Positions 35,950-44,768 of a stretch of 64,000 nt of DNA are shown here, one piece after another. How positions within the stretch are numbered: the stretch's first letter is position 1; each line of letters begins with the position of its first letter. The position numbers were made by a program, and so were the translations under genes. This stretch comes from Conexibacter sp. (lineage in GTDB: Bacteria > Actinomycetota > Thermoleophilia > Solirubrobacterales > Solirubrobacteraceae): positions 2,165-66,164 of the forward strand of contig DASYLH010000016.1 in assembly GCA_036009645.1 (NCBI GenBank), written 5' to 3'. The notes beneath the pieces are model-generated. The model was not told the origin of the DNA and did not search any database. It saw nothing but the letters and a program-made list of their open reading frames with translations.

Positions 35950-38733
35950 CTACGTCAGCTGCGTTGCCCAGAACGCTTCAAACCGTGCGATCCGTCGGAG
36001 CCATATCCGACGGCCAGTCTCGTTTTGCTGCAACGCGAGCGCTGCCTGCAGGAGCGGATGCACCGCCGGGGCGTAGTCATCAGGCGCTCCCTCATACAGG
36101 GATGACCATGCGAATTGGCTGAGGGGCTCGTCGCCCAGCTCGCGAATCCGTGTGAGCAGGTTTTGAACGATGTGCTCGCGCAGCCTGAGGTCCCCGGTCC
36201 GCGCGGCGGTCTCCATCAGCGAGCGCACGGCGCCGTACTGCACCCAGCTGTAGTCGTCTCCGATCGCTTGCAACAGCGCCGCCGTGTTCGCTTCCGTCGG
36301 CCAGGCACCGAGCACATGGACGACGCGCCAGCGAATTGCGCGCGCGGTCGAGTCGGCAGAGGGATGGGCCGCGTAGAGGGCGCGCAGTTGTGCCGCGCGC
36401 TCGGGATCATGCGCGAAGCGGCGCGCAACGCTGGCCATCGTCCAACCGATCAGTGAGTCGCTGCTCGCAATCAGCGCCGCCTCCTGTTCGCTGAGCGGCG
36501 TGGGCGGCATGCGGCAGAAGCACGCGCGCCACTGCTCGAACCACTCGGGGCCGCTGGGGGCAACGCGGACGACGTCGATCAGCGCTGCAAGTGACGGAGC
36601 CGACGTCAACTGCGCCGCCACATCGCCACTGAAGCGTTCGAGATGTTGAATCGTCACCCCGCGCGTGCCGTCGACGCGATCGAAGCGCTTTTCCGCGATG
36701 ACAGCGAGCAACGCCATCCGGAGTGGTGCGCTTGCGGCCGGCGACCCGTCGTGCTCAGCCGCGATCATCGCGGCGATCGTGCCGCCCCAGTTCCAGTCGT
36801 AGACCGCCCGCAGAAATGCGTCGCGCTCGTCCTCGCGCGTGAGCTGCTCAAGCGTCAGCCCGAGCACGTCAAACGACGCGGCATCAAAGGTCATCGCGTC
36901 GAACACCACCGGCGTCCACTGACGCGCACAAGCGGCAAGGTGGCGGGCCGCCAGGTAGTCGTGCTCAAGCTGGTGATGAAACGCCAGATCCTCTTCGCCG
37001 AGTACCACGCCGGCGTCCTGCAACATGGCGAACACGTCGTCTCCAGCGACGTCAGCGATCGCGGTAGCAGGAAAGCTGCGCCGGCGCTGGAGATACACCT
37101 CGAACGCTGCGTGCGCGAGCGCGTCGAGCTGATCGTCGCTGAGGTCAAGCTGCACGGCAAAGAAATCCTGCAGTGCCGCGGCGCGTGAGATGAGTGCAAG
37201 GTTGCCGCCGCGGATTGCGCGGTTGAGGAAGAACGGAATGCGCAGCAGCTCGACCGCGGCACCCAGGTCAGCTGCAGCGTCCTCGCCGAGCTGCTCGGTC
37301 AGGACCCGCTTCACCTCTGCTACCTCGAGCGGCTCCAGGCGCATAGTCGTCCAGCCGCTCTCGTCGTAAAACTCGCCAAGTGACCGGTCGGTCACCAGAG
37401 TGCGCACGTGGGGGCGCGTGCGCATGTACTCATCCAAGAGCGTGAGGATGCGTCGGCCGACGTCTGCAAACGAGACCTCGTTCAAGCCGTCGACGAACAG
37501 CAGCACTGGTCGGCGTACGGCAATCGCATCGAGCAGCTTGACGCCGATGCGTTGCACGGACGCGCGCAGCAGCGCGTCGAGTGATGGCAGCAGCTCCGCT
37601 CCCGAAGGGTCCTCCGCCAGCCGGTTGCTGTAGGCCGGCTTCCACAACTTCAGGTCGATCAAGACCGGGAACGGCTCCAGCGGGCTTGATGAGGCCTTCA
37701 CTGCCTGGTGCAGGATCGAGCTCTTCCCGACGCCCGCGCCGCCTACGAGCACCGCGCCGTGGCGCTGCATGACCATCGCGAGTGCGTCGTTGCGGGTCAG
37801 CTGTCCGGTGCCGGTCCGTACCACGGAGGCATACGCATCGCTCGGCACCGCGTAGGACGTGTCGAGGCGACGACGCAGTTCATCGAGCGACTCGAGTTCC
37901 TCCGCGGTGGCGACATTGCCGACGGACGGTGTCGCGTCGATCAACGCGAGCGTCGCTGCGACTGCTGCATCACACGCGGCAAGCTTCCAGTCGTCACGCG
38001 TTGCCTGGTTGTCCTTGCCGTCCATCCAATCCGAGATCCCGCGCAGCGCGACAAAGCTCAGCGGGAGGCCATCGTCGGCTGCCTCCAACGCGGCGTGGGC
38101 GACCCCGACGGTCTCCATGTCGACGGCCAACGCCTTGTCGTACTCCGTGACGATCCTGGAGACCTCTGACGCGGCGGGATCGGCGAGCAGCTTGTCGCCA
38201 CAGACCAACTCACCCAACTTCAGTTGCGCTGCTCCCGGCCGCTCGACTTGGCAGCGAGCGCGCCAGTTGGGACGCAGCTCATCGAGTTGGCGAGCGGTCG
38301 TGCTCAGCCGTGGTGAGATCGATTGCCAGCGGATGTAGCGCGGTACACGGGTGCCGCCGGCTACGAGCTTCTGCAGCTCGTAGTAGTGCAACAGCTCGCT
38401 GACGACGACGTCGCCGAGTGCAACGTCATCGCGTGGCCGTTTGCCCTCACCCCAGATGCCACCACCGCAGTCAGCCAGCACCAGACAGCGCGGCCGCCAC
38501 ACGTGCAGCATGCGCGTCGCGAACGCCTGTGCGGGCAAGTGGGAGCGCTCCGGTGTTTGTCCCTCCACCACCAGATGCGTCCCGCCATCTGCTGCGGGCA
38601 GCTCGGCGACCGTCCAGTACCAGCCGTCCGCCTCGACCGACTTCGCGTCATCGAGCGCTGAGCAGAACAACTCATGCGCCTCATCGACGACTGTAATCAC
38701 GGCGAACGAACAGTTCCTGGCCATCTGGAGCAC
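35950..38733 (-). CDS. Nucleoside phosphorylase (PNP/MTAN-like) + NACHT/STAND NTPase + helical-repeat protein
   Basis: N-term LGDVVVS..VCGDKLL..VDMETVGV..LRGISD; Walker A GGAGVGKS; Walker B LFVDGLNE; LRIPFFL; FHHQLEHDYLAA; HEAT-like C-terminus. Start may be ATG 38724. Confidence 0.82.
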   Translation of the reverse strand: MLQMARNCSFAVITVVDEAHELFCSALDDAKSVEADGWYWTVAELPAADGGTHLVVEGQTPERSHLPAQAFATRMLHVWRPRCLVLADCGGGIWGEGKRPRDDVALGDVVVSELLHYYELQKLVAGGTRVPRYIRWQSISPRLSTTARQLDELRPNWRARCQVERPGAAQLKLGELVCGDKLLADPAASEVSRIVTEYDKALAVDMETVGVAHAALEAADDGLPLSFVALRGISDWMDGKDNQATRDDWKLAACDAAVAATLALIDATPSVGNVATAEELESLDELRRRLDTSYAVPSDAYASVVRTGTGQLTRNDALAMVMQRHGAVLVGGAGVGKSSILHQAVKASSSPLEPFPVLIDLKLWKPAYSNRLAEDPSGAELLPSLDALLRASVQRIGVKLLDAIAVRRPVLLFVDGLNEVSFADVGRRILTLLDEYMRTRPHVRTLVTDRSLGEFYDESGWTTMRLEPLEVAEVKRVLTEQLGEDAAADLGAAVELLRIPFFLNRAIRGGNLALISRAAALQDFFAVQLDLSDDQLDALAHAAFEVYLQRRRSFPATAIADVAGDDVFAMLQDAGVVLGEEDLAFHHQLEHDYLAARHLAACARQWTPVVFDAMTFDAASFDVLGLTLEQLTREDERDAFLRAVYDWNWGGTIAAMIAAEHDGSPAASAPLRMALLAVIAEKRFDRVDGTRGVTIQHLERFSGDVAAQLTSAPSLAALIDVVRVAPSGPEWFEQWRACFCRMPPTPLSEQEAALIASSDSLIGWTMASVARRFAHDPERAAQLRALYAAHPSADSTARAIRWRVVHVLGAWPTEANTAALLQAIGDDYSWVQYGAVRSLMETAARTGDLRLREHIVQNLLTRIRELGDEPLSQFAWSSLYEGAPDDYAPAVHPLLQAALALQQNETGRRIWLRRIARFEAFWATQLT

Positions 38734-38896
38734 GAACGCTAACCACGCGCACGGGACGACGCTCCGGCAGGTGCCGGGTCACGGTCGAGGAGGCCGTCCT
38801 CGACGGCGTCTCTCCGCGGCGCGCGATAGATCGGCGCTGCGATCGCGAGCAGGTCATCCATGTGCTCGGCTGTACCCCGCCGGCGCGGGCGGCAGC

Positions 38897-40795
38897 CTAC
38901 GGCGTAACGATCGGGAACGCCGGGTCCGGGTCCTCGAGCAGTCCGAGCAGCTCGCCGAGCTTGGCGGCATTGCCTTCGACGACGAGGCTGCCTGAGGTCA
39001 CGATGTCCTCGATCGTCGCGCTTCTGTCGACGATCGAGTCGAACGCCGCGCGCGCGATCCGCACGGTCGCGTCGGGCTCGGCGATGCGACCGTCGCGACG
39101 GTGGGTCAGCACGCCGTGGCGCAGCGTCAGCTCGTGCTCGTGGCCGGTGTCGGTGAAGATCCAGTGCAGCGTGATCTCGCGGTCGCCGGCGCGCGGCCCG
39201 TCGAGCCGGATCGCCATCGCGTCGAAGAGGTGCTCGGCGGCGAGGTTGCGGACGATGTCCCGCGGTGCGGTCGCGGTCGCGGTCCCGCCGACGCCCTCGC
39301 GCAGCTCGCGGGCGCCCATCAGGAAGAAGTTGCGCCAGGTGCCGTTCTCGGCGCCGAACGCGAGCTGCTCGAGCGCCTGCGCCTGCAGCTCCTTCGCCTC
39401 ACTGTTGTCGGGATCGGCGAAGACGAGGTGGTTGACGAGCTCTGCGACCCAGCGATAGTCGCCCTGCGCGAACGCCTCGCGCGCGTGGGCCAGCAGCGAC
39501 TCGGGGCCGCCCCCGAGCGCGACGTAGCGCTCGGCCGCGGCCTGCGGCGGGTGCGGCCACAGGTGCGCCGGGTTGGCGTCGAACCAGCCGAGGTAGCGCT
39601 GGTAGACGGCCTTCACGTTGTGGCTCAGCGAGCCGTAGTAGCCGCGGCAGTGCCACTCGCGCTCGAGGCTCGGCGGCAGTTCGAGCTGCTCGGCGATCTC
39701 GGCCGGCCCCAGCCCTCTGTTGATCAGCCGCAGCGACTGGTCGTGGATGTAGCCGTACAAGTCGCGCTGCTTGGCAAGGAAGTCGACGATCCGCTCGGTG
39801 CCCCAGCGCGGCCAGTGGTGCTGGGCGAACAGCACCTCGGCGTCGGCGCCGAACAGCGCGATCGCCTCGTCGAGGTAGCCGGCCCACACGTGCGGGTCGC
39901 GCACGAGTGCGCCGCGCAGCGTCACGATGTTGTGGAGGTTGTGCGTCGCGTTCTCCGCCATGCACAGCGCCTTGCGGTCCGGGAAGAAGAAGTTCATCTC
40001 GGCCGGTGCCTCGGTCCCCGGCGTCATCTGGAAGACCATCCGGATGCCGTCGACGACCTCCTCCTGCCCGGTGCGCACGATGTCCACCGTCGGCGGGATC
40101 AGCGTCAGCGTCCCGAGCGACGTCGTCTGCCCGAGGCCTGCGCCGACCTGGCCGGCGGGCCCCTTCGGCAACAGTGCGCCGTACATATAGGTGGCGCGGC
40201 GCGACATCGCCCCGCCGGCGTAGACGTTCTCGCTGACCGCGTGCTGGAGGAAGCCCTCCGGCGCGATCACCGGAATCCGCCCCGTCGCGACGTCCGCCTC
40301 GGAGACGACGCCGCGCGCGCCGCCGAAGTGGTCGATGTGGCAGTGCGTGTAGAGCAGGCCGGTCACAGGACGCTCGCCGCGATGCGCGCGGTACAGCGCC
40401 AGGGCGGCGGCCGCCGTCTCGGTCGAGATCAGCGGGTCGATCACGAGGACGCCCTCGTCGCCCTCGACGATCGTCATGTTGGACAGGTCGAGGCCGCGCA
40501 CCTGGTAGATGCCCTCGGTCACCTCGAACAGCCCGTGGATCGCGTTGAGCTGACCCTGGCGCCAGAGGCTGGGGTTGACGGTCTCGGGGCACTCGTCGTC
40601 GAGGAACCCGTACGCGTCCGCGTCCCACACGACGCGCCCGTCCGTGCCGCGGATCACTCCGTCCGACAGCGAGGCGACGAGCCCTCTGCGCGCCTCGTCG
40701 AAGTCGGCCGTGTCGTCGAATGGCAGCCGCATCCGCACCGCGGCGTTCGCCGCGGCGATCCGATGCGATACCTGCGGCACCCGCTGCTCGGCCAT
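38897..40795 (-). CDS. Alkyl/aryl-sulfatase (SdsA1/BDS1-like MBL fold + SCP2-like domain)
   Basis: LWRQGQLN, YTHCHIDHFGG, TPGTEAPAEM, QHHWPRWG, CRGYYGS. Confidence 0.92.
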   Translation of the reverse strand: MAEQRVPQVSHRIAAANAAVRMRLPFDDTADFDEARRGLVASLSDGVIRGTDGRVVWDADAYGFLDDECPETVNPSLWRQGQLNAIHGLFEVTEGIYQVRGLDLSNMTIVEGDEGVLVIDPLISTETAAAALALYRAHRGERPVTGLLYTHCHIDHFGGARGVVSEADVATGRIPVIAPEGFLQHAVSENVYAGGAMSRRATYMYGALLPKGPAGQVGAGLGQTTSLGTLTLIPPTVDIVRTGQEEVVDGIRMVFQMTPGTEAPAEMNFFFPDRKALCMAENATHNLHNIVTLRGALVRDPHVWAGYLDEAIALFGADAEVLFAQHHWPRWGTERIVDFLAKQRDLYGYIHDQSLRLINRGLGPAEIAEQLELPPSLEREWHCRGYYGSLSHNVKAVYQRYLGWFDANPAHLWPHPPQAAAERYVALGGGPESLLAHAREAFAQGDYRWVAELVNHLVFADPDNSEAKELQAQALEQLAFGAENGTWRNFFLMGARELREGVGGTATATAPRDIVRNLAAEHLFDAMAIRLDGPRAGDREITLHWIFTDTGHEHELTLRHGVLTHRRDGRIAEPDATVRIARAAFDSIVDRSATIEDIVTSGSLVVEGNAAKLGELLGLLEDPDPAFPIVTP

Positions 40796-40806
40796 TCTGC
40801 CGGGCG

Positions 40807-41217
40807 CTACCCGGCCGCAGCGTCCGGCGCCGAGCTGCGGCGGAGCAGGGTCAGCCACACGTTCGCGCCGGCGAATGCAAATGCGGCGGTCGAGAGCGCG
40901 GCGCGGTCGACGCCTCTGCGGCCCAGCAGCGGCAGCGCCGCGACCGTCATGTCGCTCGCGTCGATAGCAGCGTTGATGCGGAAGGCGTGGCGCAGCAGCA
41001 CGCGGTCGTCGCGGACCTGCCACGTCAGCACGCCGAGCGCGATGTCGCGCACGGCGAACAGGCGGCCCATCAGTCGCGCGCTCGGGTTGTCGTGCGCGCG
41101 CGGGAAGCCGAGCAGCCGTGACGTCGGGCCGGGCGCGAGCAGCGGCGCGAGGCCGATGACCACTCGCCCGACCGCCGCCTGCGCCGTCAGGCGTTTCAGC
41201 TCGTCGTCGCTCATCAT
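40807..41217 (-). CDS. Small membrane protein (DUF4267-like)
   Basis: GRVVIGLAPLLAP..LMGRLFAVRDIALG..DASD. Confidence 0.72.
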   Translation of the reverse strand: MMSDDELKRLTAQAAVGRVVIGLAPLLAPGPTSRLLGFPRAHDNPSARLMGRLFAVRDIALGVLTWQVRDDRVLLRHAFRINAAIDASDMTVAALPLLGRRGVDRAALSTAAFAFAGANVWLTLLRRSSAPDAAAG

Positions 41218-41308
41218 GGTCGCGAGTCTGACCGACCGCGCTGGGTCGTGCGCCATGCACGGGACCGCGCTGTCCATCGCGGCCCGCCATCGCTCCTCGT
41301 CGCCTGGG

Positions 41309-42150
41309 TCAGGTGCTCGAGAGCTGTCCGCTCGCGGCACCGTCCGCGGGGTCCTCGCGGGCAAGGCCGAGGCTGTCGAGCAGGCGACGGACGGCCTCGG
41401 ACCAGCCGATGCTTGCCGCCAGCTGTCTGCGGACGTCGGCGGCACGTTGGAACGCGGCGGTCGGGTCGACGAGCTTCTCGTATATCGCGTCGCCCCAGAT
41501 CTCGGCGATCTCCGTCACGTCGCCGGACACAGGCAGGATCTCTCGCGGCGTGCTGCGCTCCCCGTCCGAGACCATCTGGTGGAGAAGCCGCGCCAACCCG
41601 CTCTCGCGACTGACGAGGACGGGGATGCCGGCGGCGATCGCCTCCCATGCGACGAGTCCGAAGCCCTCGTGGCGGGATGGCATGATGAGCACGCGCGACT
41701 GCCAGATGTCGCGACGCAGGGCGTCCTCGTCGGACACGTATGGCCGCAGCACGATCTGCGTCGCCGGCGCCGCGATCGCGTCCAGGCGCGCACGCACGTC
41801 GTCGGCGCTCGCGTCCGGCACACCGCGGACGACGAGCACCGGGGGGTCGCCCGGGTCTCCCGCAAAGCGGGTGACGGCCCGCGTCACGGCCTCGGCGGCG
41901 ATGTCAATTCCCTTCGTGGCCATGTCCTCCGCGCGCCCGAGCAGGAGGATCTGCCGCCGCGCTGGTGGCTTCTCCGGCGTGGCCACGTCGTCCCAGTCGC
42001 GCAAGCCCGGACAGATCTCGACGACCGGCGGTGCGGCGTGGCGGAACCCTCGCATCGCATCGCTGATCGACTCCGTGAGCAGCGGGCCGACGCCTGCGAC
42101 GAGGTCGGCGGACATCGCCAGCTCGACCTCGAGCTGCTGGCGGGCCTCAC
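41309..42150 (-). pseudogene. 5'-truncated glycosyltransferase family 4 (GT-B) gene
   Basis: ADLVAGVGPLL..KGIDIAA..VLIMPSRHEGFGLVAWEAIAAGIPVLVSRESG; the upstream frame closes at TGA 42218-42220 inside the capA tail, so the N-terminal domain is missing. 5' boundary approximate. Confidence 0.65.
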
Positions 42151-43271
42151 CGCTCCCCGATACGCCGCGGCCGGATGTGGGCGAACGGCGGCGCCCGCCG
42201 GAAACCGGCGTGGGGGATCAGCCGCCCACCGGCGACGGTGACGCCGTGCGCGCCGAAGTCCGCGCGCGAGACGGAGGACACGAGGTGCGCCGCGGCCCCG
42301 CCGAGATCGGCGGCGGGGATTCCGGCGCCGCTCAGCCGTAGGGAGCGCAGGCCGCCGGACATGAACGTGCCATCGGGACCGAGGTGCACGCTCAGCAGGC
42401 CGCTCGTGCCGGTCACCGGGCCGATGCCGAAGTTGCGGTAGCCGGCGAGGTTGCCGAGCGAGTAGGCGATCAGGCGGCCGCGGTCGAGCTCGATCCCGCG
42501 CAGGACGTGGGGGCCGGAGCCGACGACGAGGTCTGCGCCGGCGTCGATCGCCGCGTGCGCGAACGCGCGCGGGTTGCCGCGGTTCTCGCCAAACGCGATC
42601 TCGTCGTGGTTCGGCGTGTGGATCTGGCCGGAGCCCTCCGCACCGGCGTGCACGAACGCGACGACGACGTTGGCCTGTCGCGCCGCGGCGCCGACCAGTG
42701 CGCGCACCGCGCCGAGATCGCCGATCGGCGCGCTCCACGGGTAGGCGGAGAAGCCGACGAACGCGACGCGCGTATGGGGGAGGCGCAGCACGCGGATCTC
42801 GCCCGGCCGCCCGCTGTACGCAACCCCCGCGTCGGCCAGCGCGCCGATCGTCTGCGCCTGGCCGCTCGCGCCGAAGTCGAACGCGTGGTTGTTCGCGAGG
42901 TTGACGACGTCGACGCCGGCTACGCGCAGCCCGGCGACGTTCGCGGCCGGCGCCTGGAACGCGAAGCAGTTCCCGCCGCCTCCCGACCCGCCTCCGCCGC
43001 ACTTCGAGGACCCGCCGCTGCCGAGCGTCCCCTCGAGGTTCACGGCGCCGACATCGGCGGCGCGCAGCGGTGCCGTGACCGCCGCGAGCAACCCGCGCGC
43101 CGCGTCGGGCGGGTTCCCGTACGAAGACCCGAGCGTCACGTCGCCGCCCCACGCGAGCGTGAACGGCTGGCCGGCGGGGCGTTGACGCTGGCCGGCTGCA
43201 GCGGCGGCCGCGGGAAACGCGGCGAATGCGAGAGCGGCGGCGAGGGCGAGACTCGTGGGGACGCGCTTCAT
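42147..43271 (-). CDS. CapA-family (PGA_cap) metallophosphatase-like protein
   Basis: WGGDV, VNLEG, VNLANNHAFDFG, FVHAGAEG, GSGPHV, YSLGN. Confidence 0.9.
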   Translation of the reverse strand: MKRVPTSLALAAALAFAAFPAAAAAAGQRQRPAGQPFTLAWGGDVTLGSSYGNPPDAARGLLAAVTAPLRAADVGAVNLEGTLGSGGSSKCGGGGSGGGGNCFAFQAPAANVAGLRVAGVDVVNLANNHAFDFGASGQAQTIGALADAGVAYSGRPGEIRVLRLPHTRVAFVGFSAYPWSAPIGDLGAVRALVGAAARQANVVVAFVHAGAEGSGQIHTPNHDEIAFGENRGNPRAFAHAAIDAGADLVVGSGPHVLRGIELDRGRLIAYSLGNLAGYRNFGIGPVTGTSGLLSVHLGPDGTFMSGGLRSLRLSGAGIPAADLGGAAAHLVSSVSRADFGAHGVTVAGGRLIPHAGFRRAPPFAHIRPRRIGER

Positions 43272-43534
43272 GGGCGCCCCATCAGTCGTGCGAAGAACCC
43301 GGGCCGCCGCGGCTCGACCTCGTCGCGCAGCGGCAGCCGTCCGGCGCGGCGGGCTTCCAGCACGCAGGCCGTGTGCGCGTGACGGCGGCGCTCGGCGTCG
43401 CCTTCCGGCACGACGAGCTGGTGGGCGCTCAGCGATGGCAGCAACTCGCCGCAGAGCGGGCAGCGGTACGTCGACGGCTTGCGGTTGGCGGCCGGACGGA
43501 TGGCGTACCAGCGTGCGTCGCCGAAGCTCGGCAT
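43268..43534 (-). CDS. Small putative Zn-binding protein
   Basis: YRCPLCG..RRHAHTAC; ATGA overlap with capA. Confidence 0.75.
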   Translation of the reverse strand: MPSFGDARWYAIRPAANRKPSTYRCPLCGELLPSLSAHQLVVPEGDAERRRHAHTACVLEARRAGRLPLRDEVEPRRPGFFARLMGRP

Positions 43535-43564
43535 GTCGACATGCTCCCAGCCGCTGCGGCACCG

Positions 43565-43990
43565 TCAGCGCACGAACTCCCAGCCGTGGCGGGTGGCGGC
43601 AGCGAGTGCTGCGGCGAGGTCGACATCCGTGTCGGGCACGGCGGCGCCGGCCTCCATGAAGAATCGCTCCATTCCCGCCGGGCTGAACAGCACGACGCGG
43701 CGGCCGGTTCGCGGGCCGGTGTTCGCGCTTGCGTGCACGACACCGCGGGGGATGTGGATCGACGCGCCTGCCTCCAACCGCGTCTGCGCGTCGTCGACTT
43801 CAACGTCGAACGAGCCGTCCAGCACGAGGATCGTCTCCGCCGCGTCGCGGTGCAGGTGCGGCGGCAGCGACCAGCCGGCCGGCGGCTCATCGACGAGCAG
43901 GCAGAACGCGCCGCCCGTGTCCTCGCCGGTCGCGTGGATCTCGGTCCGCACGCCGCCGGGCATCCACACGGTATGCGAGACGTCAGCCAT
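43565..43990 (-). CDS. Cupin-domain protein
   Basis: PPHLHRDAAETILVLDG..IPRGVVH..FSPAGMERFF. Confidence 0.88.
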   Translation of the reverse strand: MADVSHTVWMPGGVRTEIHATGEDTGGAFCLLVDEPPAGWSLPPHLHRDAAETILVLDGSFDVEVDDAQTRLEAGASIHIPRGVVHASANTGPRTGRRVVLFSPAGMERFFMEAGAAVPDTDVDLAAALAAATRHGWEFVR

Positions 43991-44062
43991 GCCAGCAGGC
44001 TAACGCGGCCGCTCCCGACCGCATCGAGTGCCCGCCGCGCGGGTTACTACTCTGGAATTCCG

Positions 44063-44755
44063 ATGAGTGCATTCGCAACGATCTCGCTGGCCCCCGCGAC
44101 CCCCGCCACTCCGCCTGCGACGGACACAATCCGCGTCGCCCTCGCCGACGACCACGAGGTCGTGCGCGAGGGGCTTGCGCTGCTGCTCGAACAGGCCCAC
44201 AGGATTGACGTCGTCGGCACCGCTGGCGACGTCGAGACGACGCTGCGCCTCGTCGCCGCCCAGCAGCCTGACGTGCTCGTCCTCGACCTGCGCATGCCGG
44301 GCGGCTCGAGCATCGAGGCGCTGCCGCGCTTCGCTCAGGTCGCCCCCCACACCGCGGTCGTGATTCTCACCATGCATCACCATCCCGCCGCTGCGCGCGC
44401 CGCGCTCGCCGCTGGGGCGAACGGCTATGTGCTGAAGGAGTCCGCCGGCGTCGAGCTCGTGCTGGCGGTGCGTCTGGCGCACGCCGGCTCCACCTACCTC
44501 GCTCCGCAGCTCGGCGCGCGCGTCGCGGCAGAAGGAGACCGCGGACCGGATGGACTTGCGCCGCGCGAGCTGGCCGTGCTGCGCTTGCTCGCGCTTGGGC
44601 ATACGAACCCCGAGGTCGGCGAGCGGCTGCACCTCAGCCCGCGCACGGTCGAGTCCTATCGGGCGCGGATTCAGCAGAAGACTGGGCGCACGTCGCGTGC
44701 GCAGCTCGTGCGCTACGCGCTCGACCACGAGCTGTTCGACCCACACGGCGACTGA
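44063..44755 (+). CDS. NarL/LuxR-family response regulator
   Basis: ALADDHEVVREG..VLDLRMPGG..LKES..HLSPRTVESYRARI. Confidence 0.92.
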   Translation: MSAFATISLAPATPATPPATDTIRVALADDHEVVREGLALLLEQAHRIDVVGTAGDVETTLRLVAAQQPDVLVLDLRMPGGSSIEALPRFAQVAPHTAVVILTMHHHPAAARAALAAGANGYVLKESAGVELVLAVRLAHAGSTYLAPQLGARVAAEGDRGPDGLAPRELAVLRLLALGHTNPEVGERLHLSPRTVESYRARIQQKTGRTSRAQLVRYALDHELFDPHGD

Positions 44756-44768
44756 ACAGCAGCAGCGC

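Noticed and set aside
38740-38870. Short minus-strand ORF MDDLLAIAAPIY.. upstream of the PNP-NACHT gene
   Set aside because: About 40 codons, no motif or clear RBS; cannot be supported.
39101-42241. 1046-aa plus-strand ORF
   Set aside because: Antisense to the sulfatase, membrane protein and GT4 genes; Arg/Ala/Gly-rich with no motifs, as expected in high-GC DNA.
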